Assembly (NCBI GenBank): GCA_050250895.1
Contig: JBFWNU010000001.1
Span: 3,840,149-3,904,148, forward strand
Direction of reading: 5' to 3'
From: Vulcanimicrobiota bacterium
GTDB taxonomy: Bacteria; Vulcanimicrobiota; Xenobia; Xenobiales; JADMJV01
DNA: 64,000 nucleotides
Within the stretch, counting starts at the first letter, position 1. Every line of letters begins with the position of its first letter. Positions 47,844-56,577 of this stretch are shown one piece after another. The translations under genes and the position numbers were made by a program. The notes under the pieces are model-generated. The model ran no database searches, was not told where the DNA came from, and saw only the letters and a program-made list of their open reading frames with translations.

Positions 47844-49403
47844 ATGAAGAGCCCCCGCCTATTGCTTCTAGCCTTGCTTTGCACCACCATCGCCTGGGCT
47901 GAGCCATCCGACTCGGTGCTCGAATACATCGAGGCGAGTTGGGACACTCTATCGCGTGGCCTGTCCCAACTCGATCAGGCCGCCGTCGACCCCAAGCTGG
48001 GCGAGCGCAAGGTTTGGCCTGTGTACGTTGCTCCTGGTGAGTATGATCAGGTGAAGCAGCGGCTGGCCCGCGAACTCGACCCCGAGAAGCTGGCCCGCAT
48101 CGAGCTGCGGCCCCTCCCGGAAGGCCCTCTCGAAGTGCACGGGCTGCTCTATCTGCCCCATCCCTACGTGGTGCCCGGGGGTCGCTTCAACGAGATGTAC
48201 GGCTGGGACAGCTATTTCATCAATCTGGGGCTGCTGCGGGCCGGCCGAATCGAGCAGGCTCGCCAGATGGTCGACAACCACCTCTACCAGGTGCGCTATT
48301 ACGGGCAGGTGTTAAACGCCAACCGCACCTACTATCTGCAGCGGTCGCAGCCGCCTTTCCTGGCCACCATGGTGGGCGACGTGTATCGCTACACAGCCGA
48401 CCGCGAGTGGCTGCGCCAGGCCATGCCGATGCTCGAGAAGACCTATGCCCTGTGGACGAGCCCGCCGCACCTGGTGCCCGAGACCGGCCTTTCGCGCTAC
48501 TTTTCACTGGGCGAGGGCCCGGCCCCCGAGGTGCTCTCGGGCGAGCGCGACCCCGACGGTCGCAACCACTATGACAAGATTCGCGAAGCCTATCGCGACC
48601 TCGAGGCCGATCCTGGCTATGATCTGAGCCTCTACTATGACCGCGCCAAAGACGAATTGACCCCGCTTTTCTACAAGGGCGACCGCAGTATGCGCGAATC
48701 GGGTTATGACCCCAGTGACCGTTTCGGCCGTTTCAACATCGATGTCATCCACTATCTGCCGGTCGACCTCAACTGTCTGCTCTACAGCTATGAACTCGAG
48801 ATGGCTCGCCTCGAGAGCGAACTCGGTGGGGACGGCCGGATTTGGCTCGACCGGGCGGCCCAGCGGCGCGCCAAGATCATGGAGTACAATTGGGACCCCA
48901 CGGCCGGCCAGTTCTTCGACTACAACTTCCGCACCGGCAAGCGTCGCAACTATCCGTTTGCCACCACCTTCTTCCCGCTGTGGACCGGTCTGGTCGAACC
49001 GGCCGTGGCCGCTCGAGTCAAGGCCAACCTGCCTTTGTTCGAGCGTCCCGGAGGGGTGGTGACCAGCACCTACAGCTCGGGCAATCAATGGGACGCTCCC
49101 TTCGGCTGGGCCCCTTTGCAGATGGTGGCCGTGCAGGGCCTGCGCCGTTATGGCTACGATCAGGACGCCGACCGCTTGACGCTAGCCTTCTTGAGCCTGG
49201 TGATGGAGGAGTTCGAAAAGTCCAAGACCATCGTCGAGAAATATGATGTGGTCGAGCGCAGCGCCAGCGTTTCGAAGGGCATCGCGTATGGCTACTCGAG
49301 CAACGAGATCGGCTTCGGTTGGACCAACGCCGTCTTTCTCGAGTTGCTCGACGAGTTGCCCCCGAAGCTGCGCCAGAAGTTGTTCAGAGACCAGCTTCTG
49401 TAA
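47844..49403 (+). CDS. treA: Secreted alpha,alpha-trehalase (GH37)
   Basis: Signal peptide; PGGRFNEMYGWDSYF, NANRTYY..RSQPP, RESGYD, QWDAPFGWAP, EKYDV, GFGWTN. Confidence 0.93.
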   Translation: MKSPRLLLLALLCTTIAWAEPSDSVLEYIEASWDTLSRGLSQLDQAAVDPKLGERKVWPVYVAPGEYDQVKQRLARELDPEKLARIELRPLPEGPLEVHGLLYLPHPYVVPGGRFNEMYGWDSYFINLGLLRAGRIEQARQMVDNHLYQVRYYGQVLNANRTYYLQRSQPPFLATMVGDVYRYTADREWLRQAMPMLEKTYALWTSPPHLVPETGLSRYFSLGEGPAPEVLSGERDPDGRNHYDKIREAYRDLEADPGYDLSLYYDRAKDELTPLFYKGDRSMRESGYDPSDRFGRFNIDVIHYLPVDLNCLLYSYELEMARLESELGGDGRIWLDRAAQRRAKIMEYNWDPTAGQFFDYNFRTGKRRNYPFATTFFPLWTGLVEPAVAARVKANLPLFERPGGVVTSTYSSGNQWDAPFGWAPLQMVAVQGLRRYGYDQDADRLTLAFLSLVMEEFEKSKTIVEKYDVVERSASVSKGIAYGYSSNEIGFGWTNAVFLELLDELPPKLRQKLFRDQLL

Positions 49404-50883
49404 GCATGGCCTGGCGGATCAGCGGGATGGGGATGGGCCCGAACGAGAGGAACTGGTCGTGGAAACTCCTGAGGTCCTGGGGCGCCAGCGCTTCTCGCAA
49501 CTCCAGGATCAGCTGGGCTCCGACGAGGTACGACATGGCTTGGGACGGTTCGAGAGCGTAGCGCCTGACTTCAGAAGCGATCCAGCCGCGGGCTCCGTCG
49601 CCCAAATGCTCGGCCATCAGGTCGACGGCCGCCTCGAGGCTCAGTTCACCGGTGTGAATGCCGATGTCGACCAGCACCCGCAGCGCTCGCATCCGGGCGG
49701 CGTAAAGGCGGGGGGCGAAGGGCCTGCGTGGGTAGAGGCCGGCCTCTTCCATCAGGCTTTCGCAGTAGAGGGCCCAGCCTTCCAGCATGACGTCGTTGTC
49801 GCGCAGATTGCGCAGGGGCCGAAAGTGTAGTCCGGCGTGCAAGAACTGCAGGTGGTGTCCGGGATACGCCTCGTGGACCACCAGGTTGCGAAAGCCGCCC
49901 CAGTGGATGCGCCGAGCGTAGCGCAGGCGAGTCGCTTCGTCGAGGGGGTCAGGGATGGAGGGAAGGAAGAAGCGACCGGTGCGGTCGCCGGCAAAGAGAG
50001 CCGGCTCCAGATAGAAGGCCCCGGGCACCAGCGGCTCGAGATAGTCGGGCGTCTCGACCAGGTGCAGGGTGCCCTCGGGCACGCTGACAAGCTCGGACTC
50101 GACGACGAAGCGCCGCACCGTCTCGAGTTCGTCGCGATAGTAGTCGAGAATCTCGGCCCGCCCGAACTCCGCCGATGGTGGGGGAGGGTCGGGCAGGTGC
50201 TCGACCCTTTCCAGTTGTCGATTGGCCTGCTCGAGCGTCGTCTGAGCTAACTTCTGCCAGCGTTCGAGGGGGTCGTCGAGCAGGTGCTCGGCGGCCAGCA
50301 AGTCGCGAAACAGCTCTCTTCCCATCGGTTGAAAATCGGCCTGTTCGCGGCGATCCAACCACTCGGCGAAGTGATCGACCGACCGCCGCGCCTCGTCGGC
50401 GGCTCGGGCTACCCGTTCGGGAGCGTGGGCTCGACCGAAGGCTGTGCCCAGATGGTCGATGGCCTCCTGGGCCATCTCGAGGGCGACCTCGACGGCCGGC
50501 ACCTGGGGAGTGGTCAACTGGGCTCGGGCTTGAGCCAGCAAAGGCGTGAGCCCTTCCAGGCGGGCCAGCACCGCCTTCCAGGGAGGTTGATCGTAGCGCA
50601 GTTCCAGGCTCTCGAGAGCATCCAGCCCGGCTTTGAGATAGAACACCGGGTTGTGCTCGAGCACCTTCAGGCGCCGGTAAGGAAAGTCGACGGTGCCAGC
50701 GAGAGCCGCCAGCAGTCTTCCGTCCAGGCTGCCATCGCCCTCGATATCGGCCAACCGCGCACAGAAGCGCTCGATCTCCTGTTGGTCAAACGAGGGGGCT
50801 CGTTCGTCGAGCCCGGGGTAGCCTTTCTCGGTGGCCAGGTGAGGGTGAAGCTCGAACCAGGCCCGGATCAGCCCTGACGACAT
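49384..50883 (-). CDS. DUF885 family protein (putative zinc peptidase)
   Basis: HEAYPGHHLQ, EGWALYCE, RVLVDIGIH, EVRRY, SYLVG, FHDQFL. Confidence 0.92.
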   Translation of the reverse strand: MSSGLIRAWFELHPHLATEKGYPGLDERAPSFDQQEIERFCARLADIEGDGSLDGRLLAALAGTVDFPYRRLKVLEHNPVFYLKAGLDALESLELRYDQPPWKAVLARLEGLTPLLAQARAQLTTPQVPAVEVALEMAQEAIDHLGTAFGRAHAPERVARAADEARRSVDHFAEWLDRREQADFQPMGRELFRDLLAAEHLLDDPLERWQKLAQTTLEQANRQLERVEHLPDPPPPSAEFGRAEILDYYRDELETVRRFVVESELVSVPEGTLHLVETPDYLEPLVPGAFYLEPALFAGDRTGRFFLPSIPDPLDEATRLRYARRIHWGGFRNLVVHEAYPGHHLQFLHAGLHFRPLRNLRDNDVMLEGWALYCESLMEEAGLYPRRPFAPRLYAARMRALRVLVDIGIHTGELSLEAAVDLMAEHLGDGARGWIASEVRRYALEPSQAMSYLVGAQLILELREALAPQDLRSFHDQFLSFGPIPIPLIRQAMLTEAGL

Positions 50884-52247
50884 CCCAGAAACGGAACCAC
50901 GCCTCCTTTTTGGCAAATGTTGACCACCGGGCCGGGGCTATAGCGCCCCAGGGCTCCCAGGGTGCTCTCACTGGGGAACAATCCGGCGGTCAGAAACCGC
51001 TGTTGCCACTCGAGTCCGTCGGGACCGACAGCGGGCAGTTCGCACACCACCGGATCGGCATAGGCTTGCACCACAGCCGAGCCGGGCCGGCTCATCGCCT
51101 GCTCAAGAGCCTGATCCCACTCTGACTGGGTAAGTTGCGCTCCTAGCTCCACGCCTTCTCCGCCAAAACCCCGATTAGGCTTGATCACCAGACTTTCTCG
51201 GTGGGTCCGAGTAAAAGGTAAGAGTTCGATGGAATCTCCCGCAGGGTCGGTGGTGCGCCGCTCCCCCAGCAGGCGCGTCCATTGCACGTGCTGCCGATAC
51301 AAACGCTGCTGAGGTTTGGTGAACCAGTGAGCGAACGCTTCGTTGGTGAGAATCTCGAAGGTCGACTTCTGATCCAGGTCGCCGGCCACCGACGGGACCA
51401 CTCGTCCCTGGGCAAAAGCCTCTCGCAGGGCCGTCAAAGGAGCCTCGCGCTCGATCTCGGCCAGTTCGCCCAGTTCCAAGAAGCGATACATCAAGTCGAT
51501 GGTCTTACCCCCGGCCTGGATGCGGTGCTGGCTATCGAGTTCGAGTTCGCGGGGGTCAACCACCACGGCCGTCACCCCATAGCCGTTGAGAAAGGCTTCG
51601 AGCCGGCCCATCTCGCCCCCCAGGCGGTAGAGGCGAGAGTCGTCGAGCAGTCCGATCACCAGGCGGTGGGTCAGGCCCAGGCGCTCGGCCTGCAGGTGCA
51701 ACTCGCGCAAAAGCAGCAGGCGAGGGTCCTCCATGGGATGGACTCCGGCTGTATTGCAAAAGTCCGGAAAGGTCGCTCGCAGCGCCTGGAACACCGCCGC
51801 CGAGGCCGCTGGAGCATAGGTCATGCCTCCAATGCCGACCACGTTGGTCTCGATGAACCGCGGGCCCGTCTCGGGCAAAAGCGCGTCCAGGCGGCAAAAG
51901 ACCCTCTCCCCCAGGGGCGAGCGGCAATGGCGCACCCAATCTCGCTCTCCGGGAGACAGGGCCAACAACTGGTCGGCTTCGTGGCTCTCGTCGAGAATGG
52001 TGGTCAGGCGGCGCAAGCCCAGCCGGACCTGCCAGGCGATCTCTTGCAGGCGTTGCTCGTCGGCCCGCTCCAGGAGTCGAGGCAGAAAAGTCAAACCCAC
52101 CGGCTGGCGGTTGCCCTCGACTTCGGTCCACAGGCCGCCCTCGAAGGCCACCTCCTCCACTCGAGCCTGGAAGGCTCTCGCTTCACTCGGCGTGAGTTGG
52201 CCAAAGAGTCGTATGAGCTCGGCTTGAGCTCCCTGGCTAGTTCTCAG
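50868..52247 (-). CDS. Circularly permuted ATP-grasp peptide ligase
   Basis: CRLDAL, FIETN, LMYRF, VIKPNRGFGGEGV, NICQKGG; frame is open to a CTG at 52247 behind AGGAGAGG. Confidence 0.82.
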   Translation of the reverse strand: MRTSQGAQAELIRLFGQLTPSEARAFQARVEEVAFEGGLWTEVEGNRQPVGLTFLPRLLERADEQRLQEIAWQVRLGLRRLTTILDESHEADQLLALSPGERDWVRHCRSPLGERVFCRLDALLPETGPRFIETNVVGIGGMTYAPAASAAVFQALRATFPDFCNTAGVHPMEDPRLLLLRELHLQAERLGLTHRLVIGLLDDSRLYRLGGEMGRLEAFLNGYGVTAVVVDPRELELDSQHRIQAGGKTIDLMYRFLELGELAEIEREAPLTALREAFAQGRVVPSVAGDLDQKSTFEILTNEAFAHWFTKPQQRLYRQHVQWTRLLGERRTTDPAGDSIELLPFTRTHRESLVIKPNRGFGGEGVELGAQLTQSEWDQALEQAMSRPGSAVVQAYADPVVCELPAVGPDGLEWQQRFLTAGLFPSESTLGALGRYSPGPVVNICQKGGVVPFLGCRQG

Positions 52248-52340
52248 GCGGATCCTCTCCTAGAATCTTGACGTAACACCAGATGGCCAGACCCCAGACG
52301 AAGCCGACCGACACCACTAGAAACACCCAACCGGCAGGAC

Positions 52341-53948
52341 TCATTCCGCCTTACCTTCCAATCCCAATCCCTTTTCTTCCCAGCGTTTTTCCCCCGCCGC
52401 CAGGCAAGTCACCAACAGGCCGATGATGACCACGATCAAGCCCACCGCATATTGACGGGTCGGCTCGGCGGCCACGGCCTTGATCCATTCGGGTAAATTC
52501 TGATAACAGAAGCTGCCGAAGATGGCCAGCAGATAGACGGGCGCGATGTACTTGATGACGACCTTGTAGAAGGTCGGAATGCGAATACTCGAGCCCTGGT
52601 GGGCTTCTTCCCACCCCTTTTCGAGGTCGAACATCCAGCCGAAGCAGATGAGTTGGATGCTGCCCAGGATGAAGATGAACAGCGTCCCCACCCAGTCGTC
52701 GAGGGTTGCCAAGAACATGAGATCTTTGCTGAAATACATGGTCAGGAAGGAGCCCGTCACACAGGTGGACACCAGCAGGGTGGTGGTCTTTTGCTTGCTC
52801 CAACCGAGCGCTTCCTGGAAGAAGGCCAACGACGGCTGATACATCGAGATCGAACTGGTGATGGCTGCCAGAAACAACATGAAGAACCAGACGAAGCCGA
52901 TGATGTTGCCGACACCGCCCATCTGGGCAAAGACCACCGGCAGGGTCGAAAAGCCCAGGCCAAAGCTGCTGCCCTGGACACTGGCAGTCCCGGCGGCACC
53001 CAGAAAGATGAAAGCGGCGGTGAGGGTGATGAGGCCACCGAAGCTGACCTCGAAGACCTCGTTGGTGGCCGAGGCGGTCAGGCCGCTGAGCACCACGTCG
53101 CTCTTCTTTTTCATGTAAGACGCGTAGTTGATGATCACGCCGAAGCCCACCGAGAGGCTAAAGAAGATCTGGCCGGCTGCCGCCACCCAGGTTTGCGGGT
53201 TGGCCAGATACTCCCACTTGGGTGTCCACATATACCCTAACCCGTTGATCACGTTCTGGTCGGGCAAAGACGGGTCGGGGGTCCCCAGCGTCAACACTCG
53301 GCCCAGCACCACGATGGCGCAGATGGCCATGGTCGGCATGGCCAGCGAGCAGAACTTCTCGATGCCTCCCGAAATGCCCCGATAGACCAGAAAGATGTTG
53401 ATAATGAAGGTCACGATCCAGCAGTAGAAGGTGAAGTGGGTGTCACCCGTATTGAGGCCGTTCTGGAGTTGGCCGGTGACGTGCACGAAGAAGTCTTTGG
53501 CCGCCGTCGTTTGCTCGGGGATGGGGGCGGCGGTGTTGATGCCGATGCCCCCAGCCAGGTACTTCAGGGCGTAGGCCAGACACCAGGCTTCAATGTAGGT
53601 GTAGTAAAAACTCACCACCAGCGGGATCAGCACTCCTACCACGCCGATGTAACGAAAGGCCCGGTTGCGAGCCACTGCCCCCAGGATGGCCGGCGCCGAA
53701 TGAAAACCGCGCTGGCCGCCGTAACGCCCCATGGTCCACTCGGCCCACCCGATGGGAATGCCCAGTAGTAAGAGAGCGATGAAATAGGGGATCATGAAGG
53801 CTCCCCCACCGTTGGCAGCGGCCTGCCCAGGGAACCGCAAGAAGTTGCCAAGACCGACGGCCGAGCCGGCAACCGCCATCACGATGCCGATCTTGGTCGT
53901 CCACTCCTGGCGCGACTCTTGCTGTTGAGGTTCGGACAACTGGTGCAC
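52341..53948 (-). CDS. Sodium:neurotransmitter symporter (NSS/LeuT) family transporter
   Basis: GSAVGLGNFLRFP, GGGAFMIPY, AAGQIFFSLSVGFG, AAITSSIS. Confidence 0.96.
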   Translation of the reverse strand: MHQLSEPQQQESRQEWTTKIGIVMAVAGSAVGLGNFLRFPGQAAANGGGAFMIPYFIALLLLGIPIGWAEWTMGRYGGQRGFHSAPAILGAVARNRAFRYIGVVGVLIPLVVSFYYTYIEAWCLAYALKYLAGGIGINTAAPIPEQTTAAKDFFVHVTGQLQNGLNTGDTHFTFYCWIVTFIINIFLVYRGISGGIEKFCSLAMPTMAICAIVVLGRVLTLGTPDPSLPDQNVINGLGYMWTPKWEYLANPQTWVAAAGQIFFSLSVGFGVIINYASYMKKKSDVVLSGLTASATNEVFEVSFGGLITLTAAFIFLGAAGTASVQGSSFGLGFSTLPVVFAQMGGVGNIIGFVWFFMLFLAAITSSISMYQPSLAFFQEALGWSKQKTTTLLVSTCVTGSFLTMYFSKDLMFLATLDDWVGTLFIFILGSIQLICFGWMFDLEKGWEEAHQGSSIRIPTFYKVVIKYIAPVYLLAIFGSFCYQNLPEWIKAVAAEPTRQYAVGLIVVIIGLLVTCLAAGEKRWEEKGLGLEGKAE

Positions 53949-54063
53949 CAGCCTTCCCTAATTTATGAGCAGAAAGATACCACGCGACGTTGTCTTCCAC
54001 CTGCGAGGGGAACCCTCACTTTTCGGCCTGGACGCACGCGGCGGAATCGGCTATTTTTAGGGA

Positions 54064-54432
54064 ATGACAGGCGGAATGATTCTTCGCTACCTGCGCCCCG
54101 GGCATCGCCTGATGGTATTGGGAGCAAGCCGCCCTGACCTGGTGGAAGAACTGGCCCGGGCGGGCTGTCGTCTGATGCTGGTCGACTCGGACCCGGCCGC
54201 TCTCGAGCGTCTGCGCGGACTGCTCTTCGACAAAGGGCTGCGGCCCTGTCTGATGGGGGCGGCCACCAGCGTGGCCGATTTGCCCGATGGATACTATGAA
54301 GGGGCGCTGGTGCTCGAGCCTCAGCCTGGCTTCGAGCGGGCTCTCAAAGCAGGCTCGTTGGTGGTGGCCGCCGCTCCACTCGAGCTTACGCCGGTCAAAG
54401 AACTGCCAGAACTCTGGGTGGGACGCCGGTGA
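54064..54432 (+). CDS. Degenerate class I methyltransferase-like protein
   Basis: LRPGHRLMVLGA..LARAG..LVDSDPAAL Rossmann pattern, short and lacking a full GxGxG. Confidence 0.5.
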   Translation: MTGGMILRYLRPGHRLMVLGASRPDLVEELARAGCRLMLVDSDPAALERLRGLLFDKGLRPCLMGAATSVADLPDGYYEGALVLEPQPGFERALKAGSLVVAAAPLELTPVKELPELWVGRR

Positions 54433-55289
54433 GCCGCCCCTGGGTCGCCTCGATCGTGGCCGGCCAATCCGCTTTTCGCGACGCCTTTCGCCCGGGCAGC
54501 CTCGAGCGGGTTCGCCAACGCCGGCTGCAAGAACTGACCGACCTCGACCTTCAAGTGCATAGCCTCGAACCGGCCGGCTACATCGCCTGGGATTGCTCGA
54601 TGATCGAACTCGAGACGGGCCGTGAGGTAGCCAGCCTGTGGGATCTGTGGGTCGATCCGACCCGGTCTTTCGAGGCGGTGGCCAACCAGCTCTGGCAGGC
54701 TAGTGAGCTGGGCGGTCGCCAGCCCATGGTCGAGTTGACCGATCCTCGCGAGCGCGCCTTCTGGTCGTCGTTGGGTTTTCACCTGCGTCGCCATCGCCTG
54801 GGCAAGACTCCAGCGGTCCACGACGACTCGACCCAGGAGCGGGCTGGGGTTCGCCTGCGGCGAGGCCAGGAACGCGATCGCACCTTCGTAACCACACTGG
54901 CGGCGGCCAATCTGCATCACACTCTGCCCCCCGGGGGCCAGGCCCAGGCGGCTCTCTATCTGCAGGCCAGCATAGCTCGGTTTGCCCAGCTCGATTTTGA
55001 AGAGTTTCCCTTGATCGTGGCTCAAGACCGGCGCACCTATGTGGCGGTGGGCTATCTCATCCTCAAGCCCGAAGAGCATGGCTCGGCCTATTTGTTTGAC
55101 ATGGGAGTGCGCTCGACCCACTGGGGCAAGCTGGTGGCCCAGGCCCTGGTGCGAGGGGCCGAGACGGAACTGGTCGACTCGGGCTTTACCTTCCTTCACG
55201 CCGAGGCGTCGGCGGCCAACCGGCGCTCCTATTGGACGGCCCGCCGGACGCTTGCGTTCCAGCCTCTGACGGAATGGTGGTCTTTGTAA
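54429..55289 (+). CDS. Tandem GNAT acetyltransferase
   Basis: DLWVDP..FWSSLGF and DMGVRSTHWGKLVAQAL..N motifs. Confidence 0.75.
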   Translation: MSRPWVASIVAGQSAFRDAFRPGSLERVRQRRLQELTDLDLQVHSLEPAGYIAWDCSMIELETGREVASLWDLWVDPTRSFEAVANQLWQASELGGRQPMVELTDPRERAFWSSLGFHLRRHRLGKTPAVHDDSTQERAGVRLRRGQERDRTFVTTLAAANLHHTLPPGGQAQAALYLQASIARFAQLDFEEFPLIVAQDRRTYVAVGYLILKPEEHGSAYLFDMGVRSTHWGKLVAQALVRGAETELVDSGFTFLHAEASAANRRSYWTARRTLAFQPLTEWWSL

Positions 55290-55393
55290 CATCTGGCAAT
55301 CTGGCGTTAACATGATTTACATGTCGGCAATAAGTTTTGTCGCTGCCAGGGCTTATCCTAGAGCTAGATACGGTTGTAAAGGAGAGAGAATCT

Positions 55394-55606
55394 ATGGGTC
55401 AGCTCGGCGGAATCGGTAAAATGCTCGGCGGCGTCCTCGGTGGCGGCGGCGGTGGCGGTGGCGGTGGTGGCGGCATCGGCGGCCTCATCGGTGGCATCCT
55501 CGAGAAGGTCCAGGGTGGACTGGCCAACAAAGGCGACGAGAAAGCTCAGAAGGGCGCCCAGGCAATGGACATCGTCAAGAACTTGCTGGGTTCTTTCCTG
55601 GGCTAA
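55394..55606 (+). CDS. Small Gly-rich amphipathic protein
   Basis: Strong SD AAGGAG, ATG 55394, highly biased codons, 70 aa. Confidence 0.7.
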   Translation: MGQLGGIGKMLGGVLGGGGGGGGGGGGIGGLIGGILEKVQGGLANKGDEKAQKGAQAMDIVKNLLGSFLG

Positions 55607-55608
55607 CG

Positions 55609-56178
55609 ATGAGCCAGGGTAACAGCCAGTTGCCCGACGTGCTCAGCCAGGCCCTGAACGTGACCTGTCCGTCCTGCGGGCAGGTCACTAGCATTCGCGA
55701 GGCCAGTTGCTCTGGTTGCGGTCAGGCGCTCAGAGCGGCCGAACCGGACGAAGAATCGGTCTCCTACGTTCATCGCGAAGGGCTCGAAGAGAAGGCTGCG
55801 CACGGAGCGGGTTCCAAACAACTTAAGCTTCTGCACGAGGCTTACCAGGGCTTGCGCTCGGGCCAACTCGATCTCGAGGGTTACCGGGCCCGGGTGGGCG
55901 CGGTGCTCGAAGAGACGCTGGCCAAGCGGGACATCATGAACATCGACAGCCTCAAGGAGTTCGAGGCCCAGTTGCCTCCCGAGGCGGCCGAGATGATGCG
56001 CGAGACGGCTCGCCTCATCGATGATTTCGCGGCCGGACTCTACGCTATGCTCGACTGCGACGGCCAGGATTTCTCCCCGGCCGAGCGCGGTCTGCGCGAA
56101 ATCGAAGCGGTGCTGACCGACATGTCGCTAGCCCATCAAGACGCCGACGAACTCGAACAGGAGTACCAGCAGGGCTAG
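55609..56178 (+). CDS. Zinc-ribbon helical hypothetical protein
   Basis: CPSCG..CSGCG then acidic helical domain. Confidence 0.75.
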   Translation: MSQGNSQLPDVLSQALNVTCPSCGQVTSIREASCSGCGQALRAAEPDEESVSYVHREGLEEKAAHGAGSKQLKLLHEAYQGLRSGQLDLEGYRARVGAVLEETLAKRDIMNIDSLKEFEAQLPPEAAEMMRETARLIDDFAAGLYAMLDCDGQDFSPAERGLREIEAVLTDMSLAHQDADELEQEYQQG

Positions 56179-56522
56179 TGGCTGGCTAGATAGATAGCGA
56201 GTCCGGCCACGCCAACGGCCGCGCCAGCGACGAAGCTTTCCAGGGGGCCGGGGCCGTGGGCGCGAGATTCGTACATTCTGCTGAGGGCGCTGTATTCTCG
56301 CGTTCTGAGCTGGCCTTCGCGGATGTCGAGTTGACCCTCTCTCCCTTGCACGATCGCTTCACGGGCATCGAGTTGCCGGCGCCAGGCTTCCAACTCGCGT
56401 CGTTCTTGTCCCAGGTCTTGGGTCGTACCAGCGAACTGGTCCTGGTCGCTCGGGTTGGCGGGCTTACCGTGGGCCCGATGGCAAGAGCCGGCGATGGGCG
56501 TGCTGACTGGTAGAATCCTCAT
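56175..56522 (-). CDS. Small coiled-coil protein with C-terminal TM
   Basis: SD GAGG; leader, LDARE..REGQL coiled coil, FVAGAAVGVAGLAIYL. Confidence 0.6.
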   Translation of the reverse strand: MRILPVSTPIAGSCHRAHGKPANPSDQDQFAGTTQDLGQERRELEAWRRQLDAREAIVQGREGQLDIREGQLRTREYSALSRMYESRAHGPGPLESFVAGAAVGVAGLAIYLASH

Positions 56523-56577
56523 AATGGTACCTCTCGCCTTAGCCTATCGAAGCGTCCTCAAAAATGCTTGAACGGGT

